The notes under the pieces are model-generated. The model was not told the origin of the DNA. It searched no databases and was given only the letters and a program-made list of their open reading frames with translations. Of a stretch of DNA of 64,000 nt, positions 30,096 through 39,406 are shown one piece after another. The stretch comes from Promethearchaeota archaeon (GTDB lineage: Archaea > Asgardarchaeota > Lokiarchaeia > Sigyniarchaeales > SOKP01). Every line of letters starts with the position of its first letter. Position 1 is the stretch's first letter. A program made the position numbers and the translations under genes. The DNA lies in the NCBI GenBank assembly GCA_048937405.1, contig JBHLNF010000002.1:448001-512000 (forward strand). Reading direction: 5' to 3'.

Positions 30096-30980
30096 TTAAA
30101 GAGAGTCTATGATTTTTCGGATTGCATTTATCGTTTGCGGAGAAGTCCCACAACACCCCCCTACTACTTTTGCTCCTAATCTAATCATTTCTTTTATATC
30201 TTTAGCAAATTCATCAACAGGTTGTTCATAGTATGTTTTATCTCCTTTTATAACTGGTTGACCTGCATTAGGTTTTACTGAAAGTGGTTTATCCGTAATT
30301 TCAATTGCATTTTTTAATAAATCAATCATATCATCAGATCCCAGAGTGCAATTTGTTCCAATAACATCTACATCTTCATTATTTAGAGTTTCTATGCATT
30401 TTTCTAATGAATCCCCCATTATTGTGAAAAATCCTCTCTTGCTTCTACTATAAGTGATTGAAGCGATTAATGGTTTTTTAGAAACATCTCGAACTGCTTT
30501 AATGGCTATTATCATTTCTTTGAGGTCAGAAATTGTTTCAATATGCCACAGATCTACACCAGGTTCTAATAACTTCACTTGAGTCAAAAAACTAGAATAC
30601 CATTGTTCACTTGAAGCATTTCCTACTGGAGGTCTAAATTCACCAGTAGGACCGATATCACCTACAATTAAACATTCAGAAGGGCGAACTTTTTCGATAT
30701 TCTCTAACGCATTTTTAATAATCTCTTCAATTCGACTTTCAAGATTATGACGCTTTAAATTTAAAGGAGTCGATCCAAATGTGTTTGTTTGACACATATC
30801 TGAACCAGCATTATAATAATTTCCATGGATCTCAGAGATTATCTTTGGTTCTTCAATATTTAAGAGATCTGGTATTCTTCCTGATTTTAATCCTCTTTTT
30901 ATCAGTTCACTCCCAAATCCACCATCAAAAAGTACAATCTTAGAGTCGTCATTTAACCAATCATGAAACAACATTTTCAT
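30096..30980 (-). CDS. Homocysteine S-methyltransferase (MetH N-terminal/BHMT-like) domain protein
   Basis: DGGFGSEL, TNTFG, GTNC and GGCCGT Zn ligands, PNAG. Confidence 0.9.
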   Translation of the reverse strand: MKMLFHDWLNDDSKIVLFDGGFGSELIKRGLKSGRIPDLLNIEEPKIISEIHGNYYNAGSDMCQTNTFGSTPLNLKRHNLESRIEEIIKNALENIEKVRPSECLIVGDIGPTGEFRPPVGNASSEQWYSSFLTQVKLLEPGVDLWHIETISDLKEMIIAIKAVRDVSKKPLIASITYSRSKRGFFTIMGDSLEKCIETLNNEDVDVIGTNCTLGSDDMIDLLKNAIEITDKPLSVKPNAGQPVIKGDKTYYEQPVDEFAKDIKEMIRLGAKVVGGCCGTSPQTINAIRKIIDSL

Positions 30981-31003
30981 CCTTTATATAACTATTATTA
31001 TTA

Positions 31004-31648
31004 TTATTTTTTTAAAAGAGATTTAACTAGTCTAACCGCTTCAATAGCGTTTTCAGCAAAACCATCAGCATAGCATTCTTTTACCCAAGCATTCGTTACT
31101 GGTGCACCACCAAAAATAACTTTAAATTTATTCGAAATATTCCTTTCTCTTAAAATTTCAATAATTTTCTTTTGACCAATCATAGTAGTTGTTAATAAAG
31201 CGGAAACACCAATGATATCTGCTTCTTTCTTAATAGCCTCCTCTACTATTTTTTCAGCTGGAACATCAGCTCCTAGATCGTAAACCTCAAATCCATAAGC
31301 TTTCAACATAGTACCAACGATAGTTTTTCCAATTGAATGTATATCCCCTTCAATCGTAGCTATCACTACTTTCCCGAGTGAGATTCTTTCTATTCCTTTT
31401 TCTAAATATGGTATTAGAAGATCCAGACTGCTTTGTAATATATGTGCTCCTCTCATTAATTCTGGTAAAAAAAAATCCCCTTCTTCCCATAGTTTTCCAA
31501 CTTTCCGAATTCCCGCAGCATATCCCCTCTCAATAACATCAAGTAAATTCATGTTTTCATTTATTGCTCTATTAGCTAATTCAAGAGCTTTTTCTTCATC
31601 TAAATCAACAATAGAATCAACAATTTCTTTGAAAAAATTATTAGACAA
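31004..31648 (-). CDS. Cobalamin-binding corrinoid protein (MttC/MtbC-like)
   Basis: EGDIHSIGK, DLGADVP, SALLTTT, GGAP. Confidence 0.92.
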   Translation of the reverse strand: MSNNFFKEIVDSIVDLDEEKALELANRAINENMNLLDVIERGYAAGIRKVGKLWEEGDFFLPELMRGAHILQSSLDLLIPYLEKGIERISLGKVVIATIEGDIHSIGKTIVGTMLKAYGFEVYDLGADVPAEKIVEEAIKKEADIIGVSALLTTTMIGQKKIIEILRERNISNKFKVIFGGAPVTNAWVKECYADGFAENAIEAVRLVKSLLKK

Positions 31649-31852
31649 TTAAATCTCCTCATATTTTTTTGATAATTAAATTAAATTTGAGATTAAAAAT
31701 TAAAATACTATTTAATTTGATACAAGAAATAAAAAAAGACCTTATTCTTAAGGCTTTATTTTTATTTATTTCATACAGGAAAAATCTTAGTCTAAGTCAA
31801 AGAAAAAAAGTTGATAGAATAAAAACATTAAAATTAGAATATTATGTAATCT

Positions 31853-32233
31853 TTAAATGATAGCGATTGCATCAATTTCAATTAGAATTCCACTTAATGG
31901 AAGATTTGAAACTTCTACAGTACTTCTTGCAGGAAATTTTTCAGTTACTCCATTTTCCTCAAAAAAAGTTTTATAAATTTCATTCATTGCTTTAAAATCA
32001 TTCATATTCTTTAAAAACACAGTTGTTTTAACAATATTTAAAACGCTAGAGCCAGCAGCTTCTATAACTTTTTTAACATTTTCAAGAGCTGTCCGTGTTT
32101 GTTCTTTGATATCAGTTGTACCTTGATTAGATATTTGACCCGAAATAAAAATTAAGTTTTCAAATTTAACTCCTGGGCTATAAGGACCTACGATAGTAGC
32201 ACCCTCAGGAATTACTTTTTCTAAATCAACCAT
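31853..32233 (-). CDS. ridA: RidA/YjgF family enamine/imine deaminase
   Basis: GPYS, ISGQ, FPARSTVEV, IEIDAIA. Confidence 0.9.
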   Translation of the reverse strand: MVDLEKVIPEGATIVGPYSPGVKFENLIFISGQISNQGTTDIKEQTRTALENVKKVIEAAGSSVLNIVKTTVFLKNMNDFKAMNEIYKTFFEENGVTEKFPARSTVEVSNLPLSGILIEIDAIAII

Positions 32234-32460
32234 ATTAATTATAGTTCATTAAAATTTAATAATTTTTCCCTCATGCTAAAAATATTCTTTATCCTAATAA
32301 TTCATCATTATTGATGATTATAAAAAATTAATAATAAGAAATGATAATTTCAATTTCATATAAAATAGATTTATCTTCTTATTAGAGAAAAATCGAAAAA
32401 GATATTTGTTAACATTCTTTTTTGGTTTTAATAATAGTTAAATGGAATTAAAATAGTAAG

Positions 32461-33822
32461 ATGTCAAAGAAATTTTCTAAAGAACCACTCAGAGGGATGA
32501 AGGATTTTTATCCTCCAGCTTTAAGAGAATACAATTGGATTATTGAGACTCTAAAAGATGTTGTTGAGAGATATGGTTATGAAGAATATAGAACACCCCA
32601 AATAGAGCCTATTGAAATTTTTGCTGCTAAATCTTCTAATGAATTAGTTAATGAACAATCCTTTATAGTGGAGAAAAAAAAAGGAGAGAGACTAATTTTA
32701 ATTCCAGAACTTACACCTTCCTTAGCCCGGATGGTGGCAAAAAAAAGTCAAGAACTTAAAAAACCTATTAGATGGTTTTGCATCCCAACATGTTTTAGAT
32801 ATGAAAGACCTCAAAAAGGACGTCGAAGAGAATTTAAACAACCCAATGTAGATATATTAGGTGAAGAAAGTCTTTATGGGGATCTCGAAATATTTAATAT
32901 CATTGTAGATATATTCACCGAATTTGGAGCTACAGCAGAACAATTTCAGATTTATTATAATAGTCGACGATTCATGGATTCGATTTGTAATTTTATAATT
33001 AAAATAGATAAAGCTAAGATACCCTTAGTCTATAAAGCCTTAGATAAATCAGCTAAGATGGAGGATGAGGAATTTGAAAAATATTTAATTGATACCTTTC
33101 AAGATGAAGTAGCCATCCAAGGAATATTAAAATTAAAGGATGCTAAGAATATAAATGAATTATTAGAGAAATTTGATGATATTCCTGATGATTTCTACAA
33201 ATCTGAAGGATATCTCGAGATAATTAATTTTGACCGATTATTAAAGGAAGTAAAGATCTCAAACTATTGTACATTTTCTTCTGGGACCGTAAGAGGTCTT
33301 GATTATTATACTGGAATTATTTATGAAGTATATGATACAGGAACAGAAAATATAAGAAGTATTTTTGGAGGAGGTCGATATGATGATCTATTATCAATAT
33401 TTTCAGATGAGAAAATTACTGGAACTGGATTTGGTATGGGTGTTTATATGCTTTCTTTATTTTTGAAGACATATAATTTAATTCCAGATGAAATTAGAGA
33501 AAAGGATTATAGTGACACAATTTATATCGCATCAATAAATGAAGATATGTCAACCTACGCTTTTAAAATAGCACAAATTGTCCGAGATGAAGACTTTCCA
33601 TGTATAATTGATTATAGATTTAAAAATCTAAAAAGCCAACTAAAAAAAGCTAATGAATTGGGAGTGATTATAGTGCTTATCATTGGACCTGAAGAATTGA
33701 CTAATGGAACGGTGGTAATAAGGAATATGGTATCTGAAGAACAAAAAAACGTTGATTTATCTGAATTAATAAATGAAATTTATGATATCATTGATCAATT
33801 CAGTGATAGGAAATTTGAATAA
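32461..33822 (+). CDS. hisS: Histidine--tRNA ligase
   Basis: RGMKDF, PELTPSLAR, FRYERPQKGRRREF, RGLDYYTG, GGGRYD, anticodon-binding C-domain. Confidence 0.97.
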   Translation: MSKKFSKEPLRGMKDFYPPALREYNWIIETLKDVVERYGYEEYRTPQIEPIEIFAAKSSNELVNEQSFIVEKKKGERLILIPELTPSLARMVAKKSQELKKPIRWFCIPTCFRYERPQKGRRREFKQPNVDILGEESLYGDLEIFNIIVDIFTEFGATAEQFQIYYNSRRFMDSICNFIIKIDKAKIPLVYKALDKSAKMEDEEFEKYLIDTFQDEVAIQGILKLKDAKNINELLEKFDDIPDDFYKSEGYLEIINFDRLLKEVKISNYCTFSSGTVRGLDYYTGIIYEVYDTGTENIRSIFGGGRYDDLLSIFSDEKITGTGFGMGVYMLSLFLKTYNLIPDEIREKDYSDTIYIASINEDMSTYAFKIAQIVRDEDFPCIIDYRFKNLKSQLKKANELGVIIVLIIGPEELTNGTVVIRNMVSEEQKNVDLSELINEIYDIIDQFSDRKFE

Positions 33823-33839
33823 TAACAATTTTATTCTAT
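33691..33839 (+). repeat. Direct repeat copy 1: hisS 3' end plus ~17 nt downstream (left island boundary)
   Basis: Collinear with 44237-44385, e.g. gttgatttatctgaattaat, atcaattcagtgata and aattttattctat are shared. Confidence 0.85.
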
Positions 33840-34306
33840 AAGATTTAGATAAAATTTTTTTAATATACTAAAATGATATTAAATCTTCATTTTCATACTT
33901 AACTTAAAAAAAATATAGAGATAGATAAAAAAACTATAGTTATAAAAGCATACGGTTAATTAAAAAAACCAGATAAACCTAAAATTAGTATATATTAATG
34001 ATATATTTCAAATCATATGTGCTATCTTTTTCTGATTATTATCTTAAATCTTCATAGGTGCTTTTTTATTATAATAAAATAGAATTTGTTAAAAATAGAG
34101 ATATGATTACTCTTTGTGTCAATAAAGGAAATTAATTCATGAATTCAAAATATTGAAAAGAATTTTATTGGTTTTAAAATATCGGAAGAAAACATATCAA
34201 AAATAAAAGATTTTTAATATATTTATTTTTAATAAAAAATTACAAAAAAGTAAAAAAATAGAAAGATTTATATTAAACCATTTGATAAAATTTAATTGAG
34301 AGTGCG

Positions 34307-34903
34307 ATGTCGGATTCAATGTCTAATCTTGAAGAAGAATATTTTATTTCATTTAGGGATATGATTGTAGAAATTGCGAAAGGTGTTGCTGAAGCTCAGA
34401 GTGCTCTTGATGAACAAGCATTGTTGATACAACAAAGTATTAACGCAAACCCAGAATTAGCTAAGTTAGGTATACAGGCGACATGGTATCAAATACCAGA
34501 GGTTACCGCTTCTATCAAGGTATCAGTAGCAATACAAAGAAAAGAAACAGAGGCAAAAAAAGTAAATATTTTTTTCTGTCCCATCAATGCAAGTTATAAA
34601 AATGAGTTCGATTTTGATTTTCAAGGAACTAGTGAAATGACATTTAAAATTGTCCCCGTGCCATCGCCCATAGCAACATCCTATAGAATTGTTCCTGACC
34701 TAACAGGTAAATCAGAGGAAGAAGCTACTAACATGCTCAATACTGCTGAGCTTGCTTTAGGAGCCATAACCTATAAAGAGAGTGAAAAGGAAGGTGTGAT
34801 TGGTCAAAATCCTCCTCCAAACTCGACTGTTTTAATCGGTTCATTAGTAACTTTAACAATTGCAGTAAAAAAGCAAATGCAATTTGAAGATACGGGAATA
34901 TAA
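34307..34903 (+). CDS. Helix+beta-hairpin (DUF2589-like) protein with C-terminal PASTA domain
   Basis: Paralog of 35393-35926; PASTA pattern VPDLTGKSEEEATNML...VIGQNPPPNSTV..GSLVTLTI. Confidence 0.7.
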   Translation: MSDSMSNLEEEYFISFRDMIVEIAKGVAEAQSALDEQALLIQQSINANPELAKLGIQATWYQIPEVTASIKVSVAIQRKETEAKKVNIFFCPINASYKNEFDFDFQGTSEMTFKIVPVPSPIATSYRIVPDLTGKSEEEATNMLNTAELALGAITYKESEKEGVIGQNPPPNSTVLIGSLVTLTIAVKKQMQFEDTGI

Positions 34904-34908
34904 ATGAG

Positions 34909-35319
34909 GTGATCTTTATATCAGATAATAATCAAGATGAAAAAATAAGTAAAGAAAAGCAATTAGAATCATTGAGTAAGGAGGATTTAATTAAATTGTT
35001 AAAAGAAAAGGAGAAGCAATTAGAGCAACCTCTAATTACGCCTTCTGAATTAGCAGGCTCGTTTATAAATGCAATTGATACAATGAGAGAAAAAGGAATA
35101 ACAGCTAAGGAAAAACCAGTTAATTATAGAATTAGTAAATTAGATTTAAAAATAAAATCTGGTGTAGCAGTAGATGAAAATAAAAATTTGAAGTTATCAT
35201 TACCTAAAGCAGGAGAAACCCCATTGTTCGCACCAGAACAGTTAAGCACTATTAAATTTTCAGTTAGTGCTATTCCAAAAATTAAAGAGAAAAAAGAAGA
35301 AAAAGTAGATGAGAAATGA
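34909..35319 (+). CDS. Small hypothetical protein with a similar helix-then-strand layout
   Basis: ELAGSFINAIDTM, YRISKLDLKIK, LSTIKFSVSAIP; tightly spaced in the operon. Confidence 0.6.
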   Translation: MIFISDNNQDEKISKEKQLESLSKEDLIKLLKEKEKQLEQPLITPSELAGSFINAIDTMREKGITAKEKPVNYRISKLDLKIKSGVAVDENKNLKLSLPKAGETPLFAPEQLSTIKFSVSAIPKIKEKKEEKVDEK

Positions 35320-35392
35320 ATAATAATTCAATTTCTTATCTATAATTTTTATTTAAAAAAAAGAAATAATATAAAAAAAGGAGGTAGAAAGT

Positions 35393-35926
35393 ATGAGTAG
35401 CGTAGGACATGATCTTTTAAATGTCCCCTTTGGTGATATGGTAATGCAATTAGCATCAGCAATAGCGGAGGGTCAACACAAATTAGATCTAGTAAGTATT
35501 GAAATCGCTAAAATTATGGGTGATGTTTCCAAAGCTTACATTCAATTACCAAAAATTGCTGGAAATGATTTTGCTGGAACAGAAAATTTATCTTTAATAG
35601 CAGCAGGTTTTATTCCAACATTTTATCAATTTGTTGATACCATTCTTGAAGTGAAAATGGCAATTACAATGTCTCGAACGACTAAAACCCAAATTGGGGT
35701 GAAAGCTAAGATTGGATGGGCTTGTTTTAGTGCTTCTGTTAATGCGAAATACTCTAGTAAATATTCTTATAGTGCCGAAGGTTCAAGCCTTATTAGAACA
35801 AAAATCGTTCCTGTGCCTGTACCTCAAGTATTGGAAGAAAGATTAAGGGAAATAGTTAGAATCCAAGGGGAAGGAGCGCAATTGCCACCACCAGATGGAG
35901 ATGAATGGAGCACAGATATTGAATAA
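35393..35926 (+). CDS. Helix+beta-hairpin (DUF2589-like) protein
   Basis: PFGDMVMQLASAIAEGQHKLD, PTFYQF, VNAKYSSKYSYSAEGSSLIRTKIVPVP; strong AGGAGGT RBS. Confidence 0.7.
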   Translation: MSSVGHDLLNVPFGDMVMQLASAIAEGQHKLDLVSIEIAKIMGDVSKAYIQLPKIAGNDFAGTENLSLIAAGFIPTFYQFVDTILEVKMAITMSRTTKTQIGVKAKIGWACFSASVNAKYSSKYSYSAEGSSLIRTKIVPVPVPQVLEERLREIVRIQGEGAQLPPPDGDEWSTDIE

Positions 35927-35958
35927 ATTCAAATCACTTTAATAAAAAAAAAATTAGT

Positions 35959-36756
35959 ATGGAAAATCCCCGTAAACGTCTGTTTCCCTATCATTTAAAT
36001 GCTGATAAGATAGAAAAAGAATATCGTATTTGGAAATGCTTGGAGGAAGAGTTAAAACAAGAAAAAGAAAAAAAACTTAAAATAAATCAGCAGTTCGAAG
36101 AAAAAAGAATGGAATTTTGGGATTCAATAAAAAAAAATAACCTACTTAAGAAAAATAATCCATTTAAAAAAAAAGATAAAACTAAAAATAAACCAAAATG
36201 GGAAGAAATAAGGAATAAACAAAATAAATCAGCTTTGAATAACGCCAGTAAAAGGAACTCATTATTACATAAACAAAATCTTAAATGGGAACAAAATCAG
36301 AATCTCAATAATAAAAATTCTTTAAAAAATAGTCAAATTAGAGCTCAAAAAGAAATCAATTGGGAAAAAAGAAGAGAGAAAAATAGAAATAACAATATAG
36401 AAAGGACAATACAGCAAAACATTATAAGACGCAAGAAACCAGCAGAATTAGAACAAAAAAGAAAAGTAATCCGAAAACCTAATATTATATGGAATGAAAC
36501 TAGAAAAAAACAACATCAACATACTTTAGAGTACCAAACTGAAAAAAGAAAAAGTGAAAAAAAACATGAAAAAGCTTTATTAAAACGGAAAATAGAATTA
36601 CAAGAAAAGAAGAAAAATCAAGAAAAGTGGGAATGGAAAAGAGAAAAAGCACATGAAAATGCATTATTAAGACGAAAATTAGAATTACAAGAAGAGAAGA
36701 AAAATCAAGAAAAGTGGGAAGGAAAAAGAGATAATCTAAATTTTTTTATCCAATAA
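35959..36756 (+). CDS. Highly charged K/E/N/Q-rich helical protein with internal repeats
   Basis: Low complexity, recurring Trp, two 29-aa tandem repeats at the C-terminus. Confidence 0.6.
   Translation: MENPRKRLFPYHLNADKIEKEYRIWKCLEEELKQEKEKKLKINQQFEEKRMEFWDSIKKNNLLKKNNPFKKKDKTKNKPKWEEIRNKQNKSALNNASKRNSLLHKQNLKWEQNQNLNNKNSLKNSQIRAQKEINWEKRREKNRNNNIERTIQQNIIRRKKPAELEQKRKVIRKPNIIWNETRKKQHQHTLEYQTEKRKSEKKHEKALLKRKIELQEKKKNQEKWEWKREKAHENALLRRKLELQEEKKNQEKWEGKRDNLNFFIQ
36565..36731 (+). repeat. 87-bp tandem repeat, ~2 copies, coding HExALL(K/R)RK(I/L)ELQExKKNQEKWE
   Basis: Copies start at 36565 and 36652. Confidence 0.85.
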
Positions 36757-36762
36757 TTATAA

Positions 36763-37194
36763 TTGTTTCATTGGAGGAATCATGGATTGAATTTTGAAGA
36801 TTTTGTTGATCTAATTGATAATTTAATTGAAAAATTTACAAGAGAAAAGAAAAAAAAATTCCTTATTCTTGAAGAATATATAGACCATGGCATTCTTCAG
36901 AAAAGAAATCCTGAATTCTTATTTGTAGTATATGAAAAATCAAAATACTTATCAGAAATGGATGTATTAGACGAAGAATTAGAAGTTGTTAAAGTGGGCG
37001 TCAAAATTAAACTCTATACAAAATCCTCGGAGCCAAATAACAGAAAACTTTTCTTAGAAATGGAAGGGGAAGAAGTAGTTGAAAAACTAAAACATCTTCG
37101 AAGATTGATCAATTGTGGATGTATAAAACCTCCAGGAACATTGTTTCGTGATAAGGAACATTATAAGATAAAGATTGATGGTATAATATTTTAA
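36763..37194 (+). CDS. Hypothetical protein
   Basis: 143-aa ORF in the island operon; start uncertain. Confidence 0.5.
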   Translation: MFHWRNHGLNFEDFVDLIDNLIEKFTREKKKKFLILEEYIDHGILQKRNPEFLFVVYEKSKYLSEMDVLDEELEVVKVGVKIKLYTKSSEPNNRKLFLEMEGEEVVEKLKHLRRLINCGCIKPPGTLFRDKEHYKIKIDGIIF

Positions 37195-37253
37195 AATATT
37201 ACACTATATAATGATAATTCTCATATCAATTCTCTATTTAGAAGGTCAATAAA

Positions 37254-38294
37254 ATGAATTCATCTAATAATTATAGTATGAAATTTGATGCAAAAATTCA
37301 TGATAAACTTCAAACCAAGCTAAAACCATATAGCATTTTACTCAATAAATCATTCTATAAAAACCAAATGAAAAATACATTCAAAAGAAAGAATGTAGAT
37401 AATAATGATATGAGTAATGTTACATCTCTCGGGATGCAAATTATAACTTTACTCGGAACACAAAAAAAGATTAAAGAAGCAATAATCAATATACTTGAAA
37501 AAAATCATACAAGTAACGAGGAAATTTTTACAGATAACTCTATAATTGAAATACTTAATTATTCTGAAAATAAGGATAAAAATCAAACAATCGCAGACCT
37601 TATAATGCATCGATTTTATCAAATAATTAAAAAAAAGGAATGGATAAAAAAACCTGATAACTTCTTCACTAGATGGAAAAATAGTAATAAAATCGACTTA
37701 ACAAAAAAATTTCGTGAGGATTGGTTTAAATCAATGGATCTCTCTGCTTATGTAGGATTAGAAATTCTCCAAAATTTAAGTCTTGACTATAAATTCAAGC
37801 ATATTTCATTTTCTTTTCAGAACAATAAAATATCTCATAAAATTATTTCCAGAAGACCTAAAAAACCTAATTTGAAAAAAATTGAAGAATATTTTGTGAA
37901 TAATTTAAATAAAGGGTCTGTCTTATTATGTACCGAACTCATTAAAGATCATTTTGTATATCTTTTACAAATTCTAAATGAGGGAATTATCATTAATGAC
38001 CCTCTTGGAATTAAATTATTTGAATTTGGTAATAACTCAAAAAGATCCTATTTAATTAACAGTATGGTGATAAACAGGAACATTCAAAGGAATATTAAAA
38101 ATTATATGAAAGAATTAGAACATCGTTTAAAATATAATTCTTGCTTGTTGCAACACTTTAAAAAATATGAAAAATTCAAAGAAAAGGATCTATCGCACAA
38201 AAAACTTCCAGAATATATGGGTGAGAGAAATTTCTTTAATTGGGAAGAGGTTTATAAATTTCAAATAGGAATATTGGCAAATATCTTCTACTAA
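37254..38294 (+). CDS. Peptidase C39-like (papain fold) protein with Ser at the catalytic Cys position
   Basis: MSNVTSLGM (family pattern CNVTSLAM), DHFVYL, GIIINDPLG. Confidence 0.55.
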   Translation: MNSSNNYSMKFDAKIHDKLQTKLKPYSILLNKSFYKNQMKNTFKRKNVDNNDMSNVTSLGMQIITLLGTQKKIKEAIINILEKNHTSNEEIFTDNSIIEILNYSENKDKNQTIADLIMHRFYQIIKKKEWIKKPDNFFTRWKNSNKIDLTKKFREDWFKSMDLSAYVGLEILQNLSLDYKFKHISFSFQNNKISHKIISRRPKKPNLKKIEEYFVNNLNKGSVLLCTELIKDHFVYLLQILNEGIIINDPLGIKLFEFGNNSKRSYLINSMVINRNIQRNIKNYMKELEHRLKYNSCLLQHFKKYEKFKEKDLSHKKLPEYMGERNFFNWEEVYKFQIGILANIFY

Positions 38295-38384
38295 TTTGTA
38301 GATTACTTTTCTAAAGTTAAAAAAACAAATGAATAGCAACTCTAAAAAAAGATAATATTTTCAGACAGAACAAATGTTCCAAAA

Positions 38385-39395
38385 TTATTTACTTAGGATT
38401 TTTTTATATACTGCTATATAATTTTCAACCATAATATCTACCGAAAATTTTTCTTCAATCCATTTACGACAATCTAACCTATTAATACTTTTTATACCTT
38501 CCAATGCATTAACGGCTTCTTCAATATTATTTACTAAAAATCCAGTTTTTTTATCGTAAATAACTTCAGACATACTTCCCCTCTTAAAAGCTATTACAGG
38601 AGTACCACATGCCATTGCTTCGATTACAGACAATCCAAATGGTTCATTAAAATTAATTGGATGAAGGAATGCATAAGCATGACCTAATAATTTATCTCTT
38701 TGTATAGGACCCACAACTCCAATGTAACTTATGTTATCATCTTTTAAATGCGGTTTTATCTCTTGATTATAATAATTTTTATCCTGTATAATTCCTGCTA
38801 TTATTAATCTCATTCCAAATCTTTTTGATATTTCAATTGCTTCTTTAGCTCCTTTATCATGATGAATTCTTCCCAAAAATAATAAATAATTTCCAGATTT
38901 TTCCCTATAAGTGAAATGATTAAGATCTATACCATGATGGACTGTAGCTATATAGTTAAGTTCAGGACAACGATCAGCATCACTAATAGAAACATAATAG
39001 GATTTTTTATTATATTTTTTATATACAGGTAGAATTTTAGGTGAAGAAAATCCATGAATCGTTGTTAACACAGGAGTTTTTGTCATTTTCATGTAGGTTA
39101 ATGGCAAATAATCAAAATTATTGTGGATAAGATCAAATTCATTCCCTCTTTCAAAAAGTTCTGAAATATGTAAGCATTCCCATACTTTTGGTAATAATTC
39201 TTTATCTTCTTCATACCCTTTAGGACATACTCCAAAAAGACGTGCTTTTGAAAGTGAGTCCTTAGTAGCAAAAAGAGCAACGTCAATTCCCTTCTTAACA
39301 AGTCCCTCTGATAATAATGAAACAAAAGATTCCCAAGGACCATAATAACGTGGAGGTGTACGCCACGCAATGGGAGAAAGCATTGCAATATACAT
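38385..39395 (-). CDS. GT4 glycosyltransferase
   Basis: PPRYYGPWE, LGRIHHDKG, EPFGLSVIEAMACGTPV. Confidence 0.92.
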   Translation of the reverse strand: MYIAMLSPIAWRTPPRYYGPWESFVSLLSEGLVKKGIDVALFATKDSLSKARLFGVCPKGYEEDKELLPKVWECLHISELFERGNEFDLIHNNFDYLPLTYMKMTKTPVLTTIHGFSSPKILPVYKKYNKKSYYVSISDADRCPELNYIATVHHGIDLNHFTYREKSGNYLLFLGRIHHDKGAKEAIEISKRFGMRLIIAGIIQDKNYYNQEIKPHLKDDNISYIGVVGPIQRDKLLGHAYAFLHPINFNEPFGLSVIEAMACGTPVIAFKRGSMSEVIYDKKTGFLVNNIEEAVNALEGIKSINRLDCRKWIEEKFSVDIMVENYIAVYKKILSK

Positions 39396-39406
39396 TTTTC
39401 ATAATC

